Source: Tubulanus polymorphus (taxonomy: Eukaryota > Animalia > Nemertea). Taken from it: a stretch of DNA of 64,000 nt. Location: the NCBI RefSeq assembly GCF_964204645.1, contig NC_134035.1, positions 8,588,451-8,652,450 on the forward strand, read 5' to 3'. Each line of letters opens with the position of its first letter. Position 1 is the stretch's first letter. The position numbers were made by a program, and so were the translations under genes. Below are positions 40,124 to 53,483 of the stretch, one piece after another. A model generated the notes under the pieces. It ran no database searches, was not told the DNA's origin, and saw only the letters and a program-made list of their open reading frames with translations.

Positions 40124-43100
40124 CTAATCGATAGATAGTTTTATTACATTAACTAACAACAGGATTGCTATTAACACGGCAGGTGACTCCTTGCTGTAAC
40201 CGGCGTTCGCGCTCAGCATATGTTTCATCAGCGAGTAAGCAGTTTCGGGTACGTCCCTCGGTATCTGAAAACGAATAGAAAATTTTGCTGTACATTTTTT
40301 TGGCAAATCAATTTCGAATGGTTTAAGAGTAGAGCGCTCCGCGAAGATTATCGGGAAATCACCTTGTGACTAGAGAAATAATACGCGAATGCGAAAGACT
40401 GCGTCAATGGCGAAAAGAAACGACCGTTGAACATCGTCCATTGAATAGCTTATTGCCACACTGGACTGAGTGTGCAGATACGTACATACGCTGTGGGTTT
40501 GCCGCACGAAACTTGCGGCGCCAATCAGATTATCTGTTGTATAATCGCTGAAGCAAATTCTGCTCAATATATATCTTGCGACAATCCGGGCTTAAAGAAA
40601 ACGTTATTTCTGATTGGCTTATAATGACATCATCTAAGCTGCGTATGTACCTGTGGACTCAGTCTAGTCAGGTAGGGTTTCGGGCTGTGGCAGTCTCAAT
40701 GTGATCAGGTTCAAAACCCGACCGAGGGAGGATGTAAACTAATGAAAGGGATGTAATCAAACCAGCTGAGTCGCAAACTGCTTAGACGTACATCTTGTGC
40801 GACGAAACGCGCATAAATCATGATAGAAAATGATAGAGAATACCCGGTACGTACCATGTGCCCCGATCCAACGATCCAAAAGAAATCGAAATTCTGATAT
40901 CGTTTTTGATAGGCGACCGGGTTCCATTCGTCGTCCCGTCTGTACAGCGATTTACGTTCGGCCTCTCTAAAACCCAGTTGACCGGCCCACTCCATGTTAT
41001 AAACCCATCTCTCCGTACCTGAAATATCGATGCGAAATCTATGAAAACGGGTGCCTTTCTATCATAACCATTGGCGAAACACTTTGCCCCTGTTTTGACG
41101 ATATATAAAGTATCCCATAATCAAAAAAACACTAGAAGAACTTTTCCAGTTATCGTGGGATAAATGAAGAAATCCCACACTTCGAATTAAATCATACGAT
41201 AGGATTTATTATTTTGAAACCACAACGTTTCGGCTATTGACTAACATTCCACCTGATGACGGCTGTCAGTCAACAACCGAAACGTTGTTGGTTTCAAAAT
41301 AATAAATTCTATTCTGTAATTTAATTCGAAGTGTGGGATTTCTTCATTAATCTACAGTGTACACGAATTATAGTGTTTATTCGACGACTATCGTGGGATG
41401 TTGTACTCCAAGGTGGGATATCCCTCGGATTTTCATCTTACACTGTGATGTTGCGCATCTGCTCGACTTCGCATGGTGTGCCGAGGGGCGCGTTGCGAAT
41501 TTTCTAGTAGCCAAACTATCCATGTATAACCGCATTTCAATCGGGCGTTTGCTAAATTCGCTCGGTGTGTGTCACCTCTATCGCTCAAATCCGGCGAAAT
41601 AAATACATCATGAATCATGTGATCGTTTGATCGACGAATCAGTCTTCGCAACGAATTCGCCGGAAAAAAAATGTATCAATCTCGACTTCCGGAATACGAC
41701 CGCCGCAGGTGAATTATACGGCGAATGATTCGCCAAAGATATATTCGCCCAATCTACACGTTTTAGTGAGAGGTGGTCACAATCGGAAGAAAAACTATAT
41801 GAAAATTGTATCAACGTTTCGACTCACTGGAATCGACTTTTTAAACAGCGTCTTTCTTCTGATTGCTATTTTCACTCACGCAGTTATGGTCAGTTGCCTA
41901 TCTATGAAACCGCATCCTCCCTCGGCAAGGATTCGAACCTGATGGCATCGCTACACTCAGACACGGCACGAGCCCCTGCCGCACTAGACCACACGAAAAC
42001 TTGCGGCACCCATCAGATTGCTCGTTGTATGATCGCTGAGGTAAATTTCACGGAAGAACTATAAATGGGAAAACCCGGGCTAAAATAAAACGGGATATCT
42101 GATTGGCTGATAATGACATCATCTAAGCTGCGCGTGTAGCGGCGCAATCGGTCTAGTGCGGCAGGGTTTCGTACCGTGGCAATCTCGATGCCATCAGGTT
42201 CGAATCCATGCCGGGGAGGATGATGAAGCCGCTCATTGAACTGGAATTGATACTTGATACTTCGGCTCAGTTGAAAGTTTGTATACCGCAGATACTGGGT
42301 TCACAGGCGGTTGTTAAAGAAATAAATAAACCACCCGTTAAAAACCATTTGCATTTTTTATTTTACTGGTTTGCAGAGCGCAATCAAAACATCGGCTACA
42401 GTCACGGTTAGCGCGATGCGACTTCCAATGAATTTTAGTAGAAAATTCCTGCTACCCAAACTGAGAAAACCTGTAGAGCATGTCGGTGTAGCAATAAGTC
42501 TTTCAAAACTTTCCCTTTTTTCTTATTGAATTTGAAATACGAACATTTTGTGTCCAAAGCCATTCGATATGAATACGATTAGCCGTATAATACTATTAAT
42601 GAATTATCGATCCCCTTTATGTATTTTTGATTATACTTTATACCACTATTATTGGAATATAGACTGAACATGTCCGATAAATCATACATTTTTTCGCCTT
42701 GTTCTGGACTTCTGTGGGATTTATTACGTTCTTTACTTACCGATAGTGTTAACGATGATGTCCAACTGCCCGACCATAACCGTTACGTTCACACCTTTTT
42801 TCAATAAATACTGGACTGAAAAAATGAATTACATGCGTATTATGTATATACGGTAGGCATCATTTGAAACGAGAGAAAATGGGTATATCTAAGAAATAAG
42901 TGCCTCATTGGGTAAAATGGTACGTGGTCTATATATGGAAATATACCTTCTTTAACGGCTGGTCTCAGGCCATCTTGTTTGAACGAGATAAATGTCTGCT
43001 TTTTGGCACCTGTGGAATAATTTCCATGAATATCAAATATTGAAACAATAAGTATTGGAACGAATATGCTAATTACAACGTAACGACGCTATAATGCCGT

Positions 43101-43259
43101 TATCGATGGGATCGAGAAAAAGTTGCTTTTTATAAGAGACGCATATGTATGTGGCCGCCCCTTTACGAGGTATAACAAAGTATGTTTTTTTATTGTTTCA
43201 TTTTTTGTAGAAAAAATTCTGAGGTCGATCAGAAAGCACTGGTATCAAAAAGGATGTCG

Positions 43260-43293
<34 letters not shown>

Positions 43294-46200
43294 CAAGGTA
43301 TATATATTTTTCAAGTTCAGAATTGTAATTTCATCGTCACGAAATTAATCTTTATTTGCAAGAATAATATTCCCGTACTGATGAATTTCACGTGGTCGGG
43401 AATGATTTCTAGTTTGCGTCGAAAGTCTTCGGAGTTGAACTCTTCTGTCAATTTCTCGTAAATGGCCGAATCGATATCTGCAACGAAGAAGACATTTTTC
43501 TATCTAATAGCTTAATGTCTTGATTTAAGTAAAAAACTCCTTGGTAGATGCGAAATTTGACACTTTGGTATCCGTTTCTAAGTATTTCATCGGGTTATAT
43601 TGGTTTCAAGTAATCAAGTAAGTGATTGGTTTGATGGATCGAAATCTGACCATAGAACTGTGTAAGCGGTTAATCTGATCTGAGCCAATAATTCTAATGC
43701 ATTTGACGTTCTGAATACACGTGTTCGCGTTGCCTCATTCGACCTAGTAGCAATTTGATAGTACATTGCCTGATAGACAACGCCTAAGTTGCTCGAAGAA
43801 TACTTTTCCCAAAAGAACCACGACGCATAGAAACGTGAAGACAGGATACAGAAACATTCCGAACATTTCCATGTATCAAGTGCGTTTACGCGAAACGAGA
43901 AAGTTGTGGTTTCGGGAAACGCGTTTCCGAGGTCAGAAATGTTTGATTCCGCGTTTCTGCGTTACTTCCAAGTCTCCCTGGCTTTAAGATAATAGATCAC
44001 ATTCCCTGTGGACGCTTAAAGAAGCATTCTTAAACAACAATGAATTATTACTACTATTTCTATGCGGATCTCATCGGATATATCACCTTTACTCCCGGAC
44101 ACGCAGTTGTAGAGGGTTTTCACATTTTTGATGTTCAGCTTAGTAGTAAAATCATGCCAGGCCAGATCGTAGCGGCCGGCGTTCGCGTAGGCTTGAATCA
44201 TCGACGTATTGCCGTCGACGTCGACTCGAGTCCGGTCGTCGATCGTACCCTGCAGAAAAGAAAAATACAGAAACAATGTCACCATGTTCTAAATTCTATA
44301 CGGCTGTCCGGTGGCATGGTAGTTCAATAATCTAAATTCGGAGACGCGAAGGCTTGATTTGTCTAACCTCAGAATATATGAACATTGCTATCAAGCTTTT
44401 GGCAACCGGAATGGATTTAGGATTGCGCAGGTCACGGCATCCCCCTTTTCAAGCGAGTATTGTCGAAAGACAAACATTCGGGTAAGTCTCTAGCCGTTGG
44501 CAGCGCAACATTATGTGAATCCGGTTTCGAGTTGTAAAGGAAATAAATTTCCAGAAAAAAATTATGATGAAATCATCGTCATTTTAGCAACGCTGTAACT
44601 TCGGTAACAGCATTGTGAAAAATGACCAGTTGCCAAGGGGTGATAACATACCCAGTGATGGCTGTTGATTTTGCCTTTTCATCGATAAATAGTTTGTCCA
44701 TACAACGGACGTATTTTGACCTCTCATATCCTGACTTAATATATAGGAATGATATCAGAATTCATTTCTAAAAGCAGGAAGTGCCCCACCTCCTAAAAGT
44801 GCCCCACCTCCCCCAATTTCTCAGACGATGTCTCAGACTAAATCAAAGCTGGCTGTGAGCTGTATGTATATACGAAATTCGGAATAATACGTTCCCGAAG
44901 CGGGGAGAACAATATCGTGTCTATAATGTGTAGCAACAACATGTTGATGTTGCGCTTCGAAACGTCGCTGATTAAGGACTATATTTAACTTTTCAGCCGG
45001 GATAAACACACTTTACAGCAAAGTACAACCTTGTTACAACCGTGTTACAACCGCCGACGCACAGGTGTACCTTGAAGATTTATCGGCAATTAACGAATCC
45101 CAAAACACGGGCGATGGAATTTCCGGGTATATCAAAGAGTAACAAGGCCTAATTCACCTGGTGCGAGTATACGAATTGAGATGCGGTCGATGAAATTAAC
45201 ATTAATTCATTCCACGTGCATCGCGTCTGCAGATAAACTATTTCAGTGACATTTGATTTAGATTTTCAGAATCTAAGCGCGATCGATTACATTTACCAGA
45301 CAATAAGTAACCAGACCTTTAATTACCTTCGTAAACGTTCTATCTATTTCGGGGTATATTGCGTTTTATGTTCGTTTCGTATACATTATCATATACTTAC
45401 GCATTGGTGAAGCTTTTTGCCGTAATTGACTAGATTGTCTATAGGTGACGTCCACGGCGACATCAAAACGACTCGTTTCAAATTGCATCGCACGCGGCCT
45501 TCTGATAGGAGTTTCTGAAAAGCGAATCCGTATTAAAACGATACCGATTGCGACGACGCACGATTGAGTCGTGTATCAAATCCCGTATCCAGTTTAAAAT
45601 CCTAGTCTTAACATTTAAATCCCTTAACGGCCTTGCGCCACAATATCTACAGTAACTTGTGCAATATATATAAATCATCCGCTTTTGGAGTATTAAGATC
45701 TAACAATCAATCCCTGCTAGTCATTCCCCGTGTTACTGCTAGTCTCAGCCAGGCATAGAGCCTTCGCGTAGTCTTACCTAGTCCAATTAAATCTAGTTCT
45801 TCAATCGATATTTTAAGATCTAATCTCAAAACCCATTTGTACATCAAAGCTTTTAATTAAACCAGTTTTAGTTTTCTCTGTTTAATTTACGCTTTTTACA
45901 TATGATGTAAAGCCAATGAGCATATTTTATATGGATTTTCGGCTAAATAAATTATTATTATTATTATTTTTATTATTATTATTATTATTATTGTTATTCT
46001 TATACGAACCTTGGCGAGTTGCGGAGCGAATTTCCCACCGTAAGATTCGCCGAATATATACAACGCAGTATCCTGAAAATATTCAGAATAGTGATAGTAA
46101 ATATATGAATAATTGATCGATGTTATTTAACTAATTAGCATAATTACGAGTAATGAACTTTGATTAACTTTAAGACTGAGGGCCGAGTTCTATACAAAAT

Positions 46201-49200
46201 GGTTTAATTCTAGAATCGATTCAAGATAAATTGAATCAACGATGGAAATAAAAGAGCTAAACTTTCGTGCGCAACAGGGCTCAGTGTTTATTCATTCGGC
46301 AATTGCTGTTAGTTAAGCCCAACGCACACGGCACTGAAAAAACGTTTTTTCCTCGTAAAAAAGTTTTTTTCGGTGCCGTGTGCGTTGGAGCCAAAACACA
46401 AAACACCGAACTGAAAAACGTTTTTCACGAGCAAAAAACGTGTTTTCTGTTTCGGCGAAACAAATTTTTTGCCGTGTGCGTTGGGCTAAGAAACAGCCGC
46501 GACATCGTGCCCGCAATTATCAACTTTTCAATTCATGAATTCCAAGTCTTCAATATTGTTGGATTTCGCCTAAATTTCAGTAACATGTCAACTACGAACA
46601 TGTATTCTAATAATGAATACGATTTTGTGGGTTAAATATTTGATCCGTTACATAAAGTATACATCTAGTATTCTCACCGGGGTTGTATAAGATGCGGGTG
46701 GCAGACGCCAATTAGCACCGGGGAAAAATTTTAAATTTTCTGTCCGTTGCTAGCTCGCAATACTATACTATAACACTGGATTTCGTGAAATCGATTGAGA
46801 TGTCAAAATAATTTTCTCAATAATGTAATGAACACTGACAGAGGTTTCTACCGTATAATTACCACCTTATAAGATCAATCTTGTTATCTTGTGTGATATG
46901 ATATGCTTAGTTCTTGAATTATTAGGAGGTGAAATAATATCTATATACGAAGGTTTTGATTGAAAAGTAACTGATTTCATTTTTAGTAACACCATCCAGT
47001 ACGGCAGCTTGGGCCAAATTCGGTTTTCGTATCTAGTCGACTAGTGGTCGGAACTAATAACCGAATGCGCTTGATTTTCGAACTATTTTCGGAATATAGT
47101 TCCGACTAACGGACATTCAGTTTCGTTTAGTTCAACTATAGTCGACTAACTCAGATAACCGAAGGTGGCCCATTCGGTCAGGACTTCATTTCGAAATTAC
47201 AAATCCGAAATTAATCCTACCTGAAATTCCCGTAATTCTCCATTGTTAAACAGGTAAATGAGAAACTTGTGTAGATCGTTCGTTGCGACGGCATCGGTTG
47301 ACGGCGGCGGGACGTTGCCCGTAACGTAGCTGAAACCCACCCCAGCCGGACTGTCGACAAACAATACGTTCGCTTGTTTCACCTACGCGCGAAGAAGTTA
47401 AAAAAACGAATTTCTTGCAAATGAATACAGTCAATCCTACTGGAAATCGATAATGCAAGCATTCTTATAATCGACTAGATCTACTAACTTAATGAACTAA
47501 TATACAAATCGAACAATTACTGACTTAATGACGGATAATTTGTATGTCGATTAGAAGTTTGAGATTTCCGAATTTCGAGTTAGAGATTTTAGATATTTCT
47601 TTGTCTAAGTTTGTTGGCGTGCTTTCAGCTTGTTAACTAGGCGTTGTTTCACATTACGGCTGTACGTCCAACGCGAATCCGACTCAAAATCAACCCGCAT
47701 TTCGGCACCGAATCTGGCTATATAGCGATTCGAGCGATCGAACAATTTACGATGAATTATGACGGGTGGCCTTTGAAATATTGTGACACGAAAGACATAC
47801 AGCGCTGAATTGTGAACTCGGATTTAGTGATTAACATACTTTTAGCGCTATTAGTAGTATGCCTATAATGATAATTGTTGAACTGTATGATTGACAGTGA
47901 TTCTAACGAAAACCGACGTGAACTTTTTTCTACTCCTAAATAACCGTTTTTTTTTCATGAGGTATTGATTTGCCTCGCATTTTTTTCGGAAAGCAAAATA
48001 TTTCGTTATCGAAATACATGTCGAAACATGGTGCATACCCAAGTTGTCGGTCTGGCGTTTCCATCGACGTCCAGTGGTCCGATTTCCATTCGGTCCCCCA
48101 CAGCGGTGGCCGCTTGACCCGGACCGCCCTATAAGAAATGAGCGAAGAAAATCAAATTGAATTATGCTCTGGAAAGGACCTAGGAATTTCAGTTTCCTCA
48201 GAAGGTTTTTTTCTTTCATAAATGTGTTGTTTTGACGATAATTACTGAATCAAGATTTGACGCTTGAGTAAGAACATTTCGAAATAAACTGATTCTGGCT
48301 GTAAACCAATATCTATGGAATTTGGTCCGGCTTTAATAATTATGCTCCAAAACTTTGGATCTCACATGCGCATTCTAAACATAGGTCATTCGATTTGCAC
48401 GAATTCAAAGTTCACTTCAAATTTCCGATTCTATGCATAGGCTTACTATTAGTCTATTTGACCTGGAGTGCCGAACTTAAAGCGACAACGATCCTTCCAT
48501 TTTACAAATGACATTTCATGTTCCTATACTTTCCATTATTGATATAACTAGTATAGTTTACCTGAATCCACATGATTAGAGGTCGATTTTTATATCCATC
48601 CGAATGAGTACTTCGGTACAGCCTCCAGAATAGCGATACACCATTTCTGACATCCACGTAACCCCACTCATTCAAACCATCTTCGCTTTTGGCTTCGGGG
48701 CAAAAAAAACGATAGAAAAGCCTATTTCATATAGTCCGTATACTTTTAACGTTGTGTCGTTTATATTTCATAATTTTCGATAATAGATTTCGCTATAATT
48801 CACTCTCGTTTATTAGCGTAAAACGGGCGTGTACAAGCCGTTGATAAATCACTTGGGAGGTATTGGGAAATAAGGTGTGGTGGCAGGTGTTCTACGATGT
48901 TTCGACAGTAGCTATAATTCAAACGAATCCGTTAAGCTCATTTAATGCAACACCGTCAATCGATGGGAAACTAGCTGTCAAAAGTCTGGATCCGGTTCCA
49001 CTTGTGAGTTAGGGTTAACCCTAAGTTAGTTCATTTTCAATTAGTTAACTCAGAGTCAAATCGTAACACAGAACTGTGGAACTGGATCCAGGCAGTTTGG
49101 TGACACGGCATGAGATTGACTATGCTGAAAAAAAACAGATTCGACGCTCCAGTGGTGCGCTAGTATATAGTTATAGTGTATCCAGATCAAAATCTTCTAT

Positions 49201-49785
49201 ACTTCAGTCAAGATCGAATGAACTATTCTTAATCAAACCAAGTAGTAAGGAAAGTTATACAGATGACTGGGTATGAAGTGTAATTTAATATGTATTTGTT
49301 GGGTCCTGTGATGATATATCGTGAAAAATTCAGTACAAAGTTGATTGATAATTAACCAATTTTGACAACGTTAGACTGAGTGTTCGTCACGTCAGCAGTT
49401 CCCCACTATAGGCTACGTTAAACCAACGTCCTTAATCGGCTAGAAACCGTAATTCTAATTAAGAGAGTTTTTGGTTTGGGAAAAGGTTAAGAAGGTCTAG
49501 GGACGGTGTTTAGTATTCGGTGGGTTGTAATGCAGATCCCAGATAGGAATGGCAACAGTGTTAGTAAGCGATTTGCATATTTTCGTTAATAATCGGAGTA
49601 TGTTATGTTGTTTTGAAAGCAGGTCTCAACACGTACATATTTTGAAATAGAGACACAAGGGACGGACACTCACCCGTTACAGTCCTAGCTTCGATAATCC
49701 GAACAGGCGTTAGCACGAGCGCGGTCGCTAACAATCCGAAAGCCAGCGATGACGACGACAGACCGGGTCTCGCAGCGGCAAACAT
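40124..49785 (-). CDS. SCPEP1: Serine carboxypeptidase, peptidase family S10, retinoid-inducible serine carboxypeptidase (SCPEP1)-like; 12 exons, about 454 aa
   Basis: Hand-assembled GT-AG exons with consistent phases: 49785-49674 (signal peptide), 48680-48562 (EWGYVDVR..PLIMWIQ), 48128-48039 (GGPG..EIGPLD..TW), 47382-47221 (NVLFVDSPAGVGFSY), 46072-46010 (YIFGESYGGK, catalytic Ser), 45514-45401, 44249-44087, 43477-43379 (RKLEIIP), 43009-42947, 42815-42741 (GQLDII, catalytic Asp), 41018-40855 (FFWIVGSGHM, catalytic His), 40264-40124 (stop). Total 1365 nt with no internal stop. It is divergent, so it may be a paralogue rather than the orthologue. Confidence 0.9.
40495..40734. mobile_element. 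Partial copy of the CATCCTC MITE family in the last carboxypeptidase intron
   Basis: Aligns to 41990-42222 and ends GGGAGGATG. Confidence 0.7.
41162..41388 (+). mobile_element. Hammerhead-bearing fold-back element in a carboxypeptidase intron, with 11-bp TSD
   Basis: Inverted arms span 41163-41348. Core CCAC-CTGATGA-C-GGCTGT..ACAACC-GAAA-CGTT-GTTGG at 41249-41291. Perfect direct repeat TATCGTGGGAT at 41151-41161 and 41389-41399. Confidence 0.75.
41913..42222. mobile_element. 310-bp MITE with ~38-bp TIRs beginning CATCCTC and a 9-bp TSD (Mutator-like)
   Basis: CATCCTCCCTCGGCAAGGATTCGAACCTGATGGCATCG ... CGATGCCATCAGGTTCGAATCCATGCCGGGGAGGATG. Flanks are ATGAAACCG and ATGAAGCCG. Confidence 0.8.
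45698..45998 (+). mobile_element. Retroposon 3' end with (TTA)n tail inside a carboxypeptidase intron
   Basis: Homologous to 35160-35405. (TTA)n tail at about 45952-45998. Confidence 0.65.
46316..46487. mobile_element. Palindromic MITE (Harbinger/Tourist-like)
   Basis: AGCCCAACGCACACGGC ... GCCGTGTGCGTTGGGCT TIRs in a TTA/TAA context. Confidence 0.75.
47011..47171. mobile_element. Short MITE-like palindrome
   Basis: GGGCCAAATTCGGTT ... AACCGAAGGTGGCCC with inner TAGTCGACTA repeats. Confidence 0.55.
48987..49091. mobile_element. Short MITE, same family as 39979-40071
   Basis: CTGGATCCGGTTCCAC ... GTGGAACTGGATCCAG. Confidence 0.7.
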
Positions 49786-52124
49786 CTCCTGCGGCGGGTC
49801 GACTCCTTCACCGGTAACGAGAGAGCGTGCAACGAATTTAAAAACTAGTTCGCAGCGCTAATAAATAGATACATCTAAGCGCTCGCTATGTACACCAGCA
49901 CGCAGCAGAGAGAACCAGCAGTCGGCGAGAGCCTTTTCAACCGCCGGATACGACACAACGCAGAAAATTCATCAGTGCAAATATTAGCGGGTCGGTTGTA
50001 TAATTATACAATAATTAACACTATCGTTATAACAAGCATCTAATAACCCCTGACATAATTCCCTTGATACATGCGATACTCGTATTTTGTCGATTACGTA
50101 CGTGTGGTTATTCCTTTTTTGTATTACGCCGTTACTAAAATAGCGTTATCTTGGACAAATACTGGCTACCTTCTTCCGTCCGTCACGTGAACCATATTCA
50201 TTCGATTGGGAAGCTCGCGCGACCTCACAATGTCGTTTTTTACCTTAAAATAGGGATCGACCCTGTTATGTATTTGATAGGTAGATTTCGTTTGATTCGT
50301 TTTGATTTGGCATCCCTTACCTTACCAACCCGCCACATCTTTCGGTAACGAAACAGGCTGTTCGATTTTGAAATCGGAAATCGAAGTACAGATATAGTTG
50401 GGTGATCGTCAGTCGAGTTAACAGAATTTAATGTTTAAATCGAAGTATGTAATTGAGAAATTCGGTCGTTTTAGTCGGCCCCGTGGCGCGTAGATGCCAT
50501 TGCCGGCGGTGTTTTTGTAGAGGGTTTTCCGAGATCACAAAATGCAACGGAAACGACGTGTTCATGATATATAGGGGTCACGCACGTAAGTGTGTTTGCC
50601 AACTAGTGCGAGAGATATGCAAACAACTAAAGATAACCGGAGATTCACGAACTCAGAGGTTCATTTATTGTGTTTGACCACCGATATGGCATAGTCACGC
50701 GGAAAAAGCCCGTGGCTACAAGACCCACATTTACCCGGAGACTTACCGCTTTCGCGGAAAACACTGTTTATTATTGTTTTTCTGCAGATAATTATCATCA
50801 TTATCATTCGGGGTTTCTGCTGCTTTCGAAGAAGACCCTATTAACATTATTGTGCAGATTGCTATCATCGGTATCATTATATCATAAACATATTCTCTTT
50901 TCGCACTGCTTTTACTAAAAGTAACTTACCTGTCCTAACTTCTTTTTTCTGTACATTAATTCCGTGCCATAAATACTCTAGTGCATTTACAAATACTGCA
51001 TGAATCAGTCACTGTACGTCTCTTGACTTTTGATTTAAACAAGGGTATCTATTTGCACTGGGTTTCATTTGTCCATTCTCTGAAATGGCTTTGGAATTTC
51101 CAATAACAGCCGATAAGTCATCGTGATCAAGGGAGTCGAGATTCGATCATCACTTTAGCAGTTAAGTTTTTAATTGGTTAGGGTTACGGCATTGTAATGA
51201 TAATGATAATAATAATAATGATAATAATAACAATACAATTTATTTGTATATAGCGCTAAATCTCGTAGTGACAGAAAAATATGACAGATGAATATTCAAC
51301 ATTACAGATTGATTACATTGTAATTGATTTGAATCGATATTCCGCCAGTGTCACATAATATCCCATGACGGATTTACCTCAATTTTGCATTAGATGTACC
51401 AAACACAGGCACCTACAAATAGCCATTGGGTCATTGGATTGGTATCCCCCACAGTCCACCAACTTTTGAAAACCGAAAAGGTACCGCGTGAGAAAGATAT
51501 CGTATATCTTTCAGCGTTCAGCCTCGTCCGTTAGAAAATCTGCGATGCACTCTTCCTGCGATAGACGCTTATTGAACCCTGGGTCATATATGGGTACCCA
51601 AATTTACTAACATTTAACATCCCCTTTCTTCGTCTCTTAGACATTGTTTTTCAATTGGAATCTAATGAACGCTGAGTTTCGCAGTTATGAACTACGAGTT
51701 GACCGAATTGTAAAATGAACTTACTTCAACTCTAGCGCTCACATCCGGGTCCTTGAAGCACAGGGGCTTATATTTGAATCAGTGAAATGAAATAGATATC
51801 ATGACGTATCAAATGTGTCGAGTATAAAAGAAAAACCGTATTTTGTTTTTTTTTCTATATCGAGTCGTTTTTTTGTCGTTCGTTTTATCGGCGATGAATT
51901 CGATTGAAATGGAATCAGCGATGAGACGATGATGGGTTTCCATTAATTATTCAAACATCAAATTAATTCACCCCGTTATCGATGAGGACTTCAAGTGTTT
52001 TTTATTCTCCGTGAATTTTTATTTCCAATTTGAAAAACCTACAGAAAACCGTACGATCGATTTTTCGAAAATGTTTGTACTGAGTGTCTAACACGATATA
52101 TCTATTCATTCGTTTGGAAGCGGT

Positions 52125-52965
52125 AAAGTACGGAAGCGATAAGGGGCCTCGAGATGTCGCGTTCCAACTCGACAAGTCGCCATATTTATGTCGACATACC
52201 ACGATATATCGCGTCAAGTCGACATGAATATGTCGACATATCGTGACGTTTTGACGACATGTTTCGTTTTCACGACCATTTTCCTCGCGACAAGTCGATA
52301 TATTCATGACGACTTGAAACTCAGTCGTCATATCACTGACGTCCTCATCTTACATTTCGACGTGTCTTCAAATGACGGCTTGTCCCGTCGAAAATGGGCG
52401 AAAGTACGGAAGCGATAAGGGGCCTCGAGATGTCGCGTTCCAACTCGACAAGTTGTCCTGTTTATGTCGATATATCGCGATATATCGCGTCAAGTCGACA
52501 TGAATATGTCGACATATCGTGACGTTTTGACGACATATTTCGTTTTCACGACCATTTTCCTCGCGACAAGTCGACATATTCATGACGGCTTGAAACTCAG
52601 TCGTCATATCACTGGCGTCCTCATCTTACATTTAGACGTGTCTTCAAATGACGGCTTTTCCCGTGGAAAATGGGCGAAAAAGCGAAATTTGTCGTGAAAA
52701 CGTCACGATATGTCGACATATTCATGTCGACTTGACGCGATATATCCCGATATGTCGACATACATATGGCGACTTGTCGGGTTGGAACGCGACAACTCGA
52801 GGCCCCTTATCGCTTCTGTACGAAAGGGCGAAATTTGTCGTGAAAACGTCACGATATGTCGACATATTCACGTCGACTTGACGCGATATATCGCGATATG
52901 TCGACATAAATATGGCGACTTGTCGAGTTGGAACGCGACAACTCGAGGCCCTTTATCACTTCGTA
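52125..52965. repeat. Compound fold-back repeat: 2x276-bp direct units followed by 2x146-bp inverted partial units
   Basis: Units start at 52125 and 52401. Inverted units start at 52682 and 52828. Rich in TGTCGACA palindromes. Confidence 0.9.
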
Positions 52966-53483
52966 ATTCCAAAATCAAAAACATGATGAATTGATTGTTT
53001 TATATGTTATGTTGCTCGGGTTTTCTGCATGAATTAACAACTTCATAAATATCAAATCGATGCTACTGCGTTATTTGCATGTTTAGAACGATGAACATTC
53101 GCATAAAGCTTTTGAAAAGAGTTAGTCGGTTCGAATCGTCGTTAAAAACTGCGTCCGATATCAGTTACCAATTTAACATCAGTGAAATGAAGTATTTGCG
53201 TTGTAAAACGCTCGAAAAAATAATGATATGTCGGAAAATATTTCATCTATTTGACGCTTGATGAGTGATATTTGCACAAACGACGCGCTGCGTAGATTCA
53301 GCCAGGGACGACCGAAGAAAAAAAACGAACGAATATCGCGCGGTATTGGCTGTTGGATACACCTGCAACACCGCATTAAGTATTATCTGCTATATACTAC
53401 GCCGGTGAATTCTATCACCGGTTTTTGTCATAAATGTCAAAAAGAAACCGTCCTTATCAACACCGAACTCGCGCGCTGCCGTT

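Noticed and set aside
52002-52994. Cluster of similar short ORFs or a CRISPR-like array
   Set aside because: Explained by direct and inverted repeats. There are no unique spacers or cas genes, and the context is eukaryotic.
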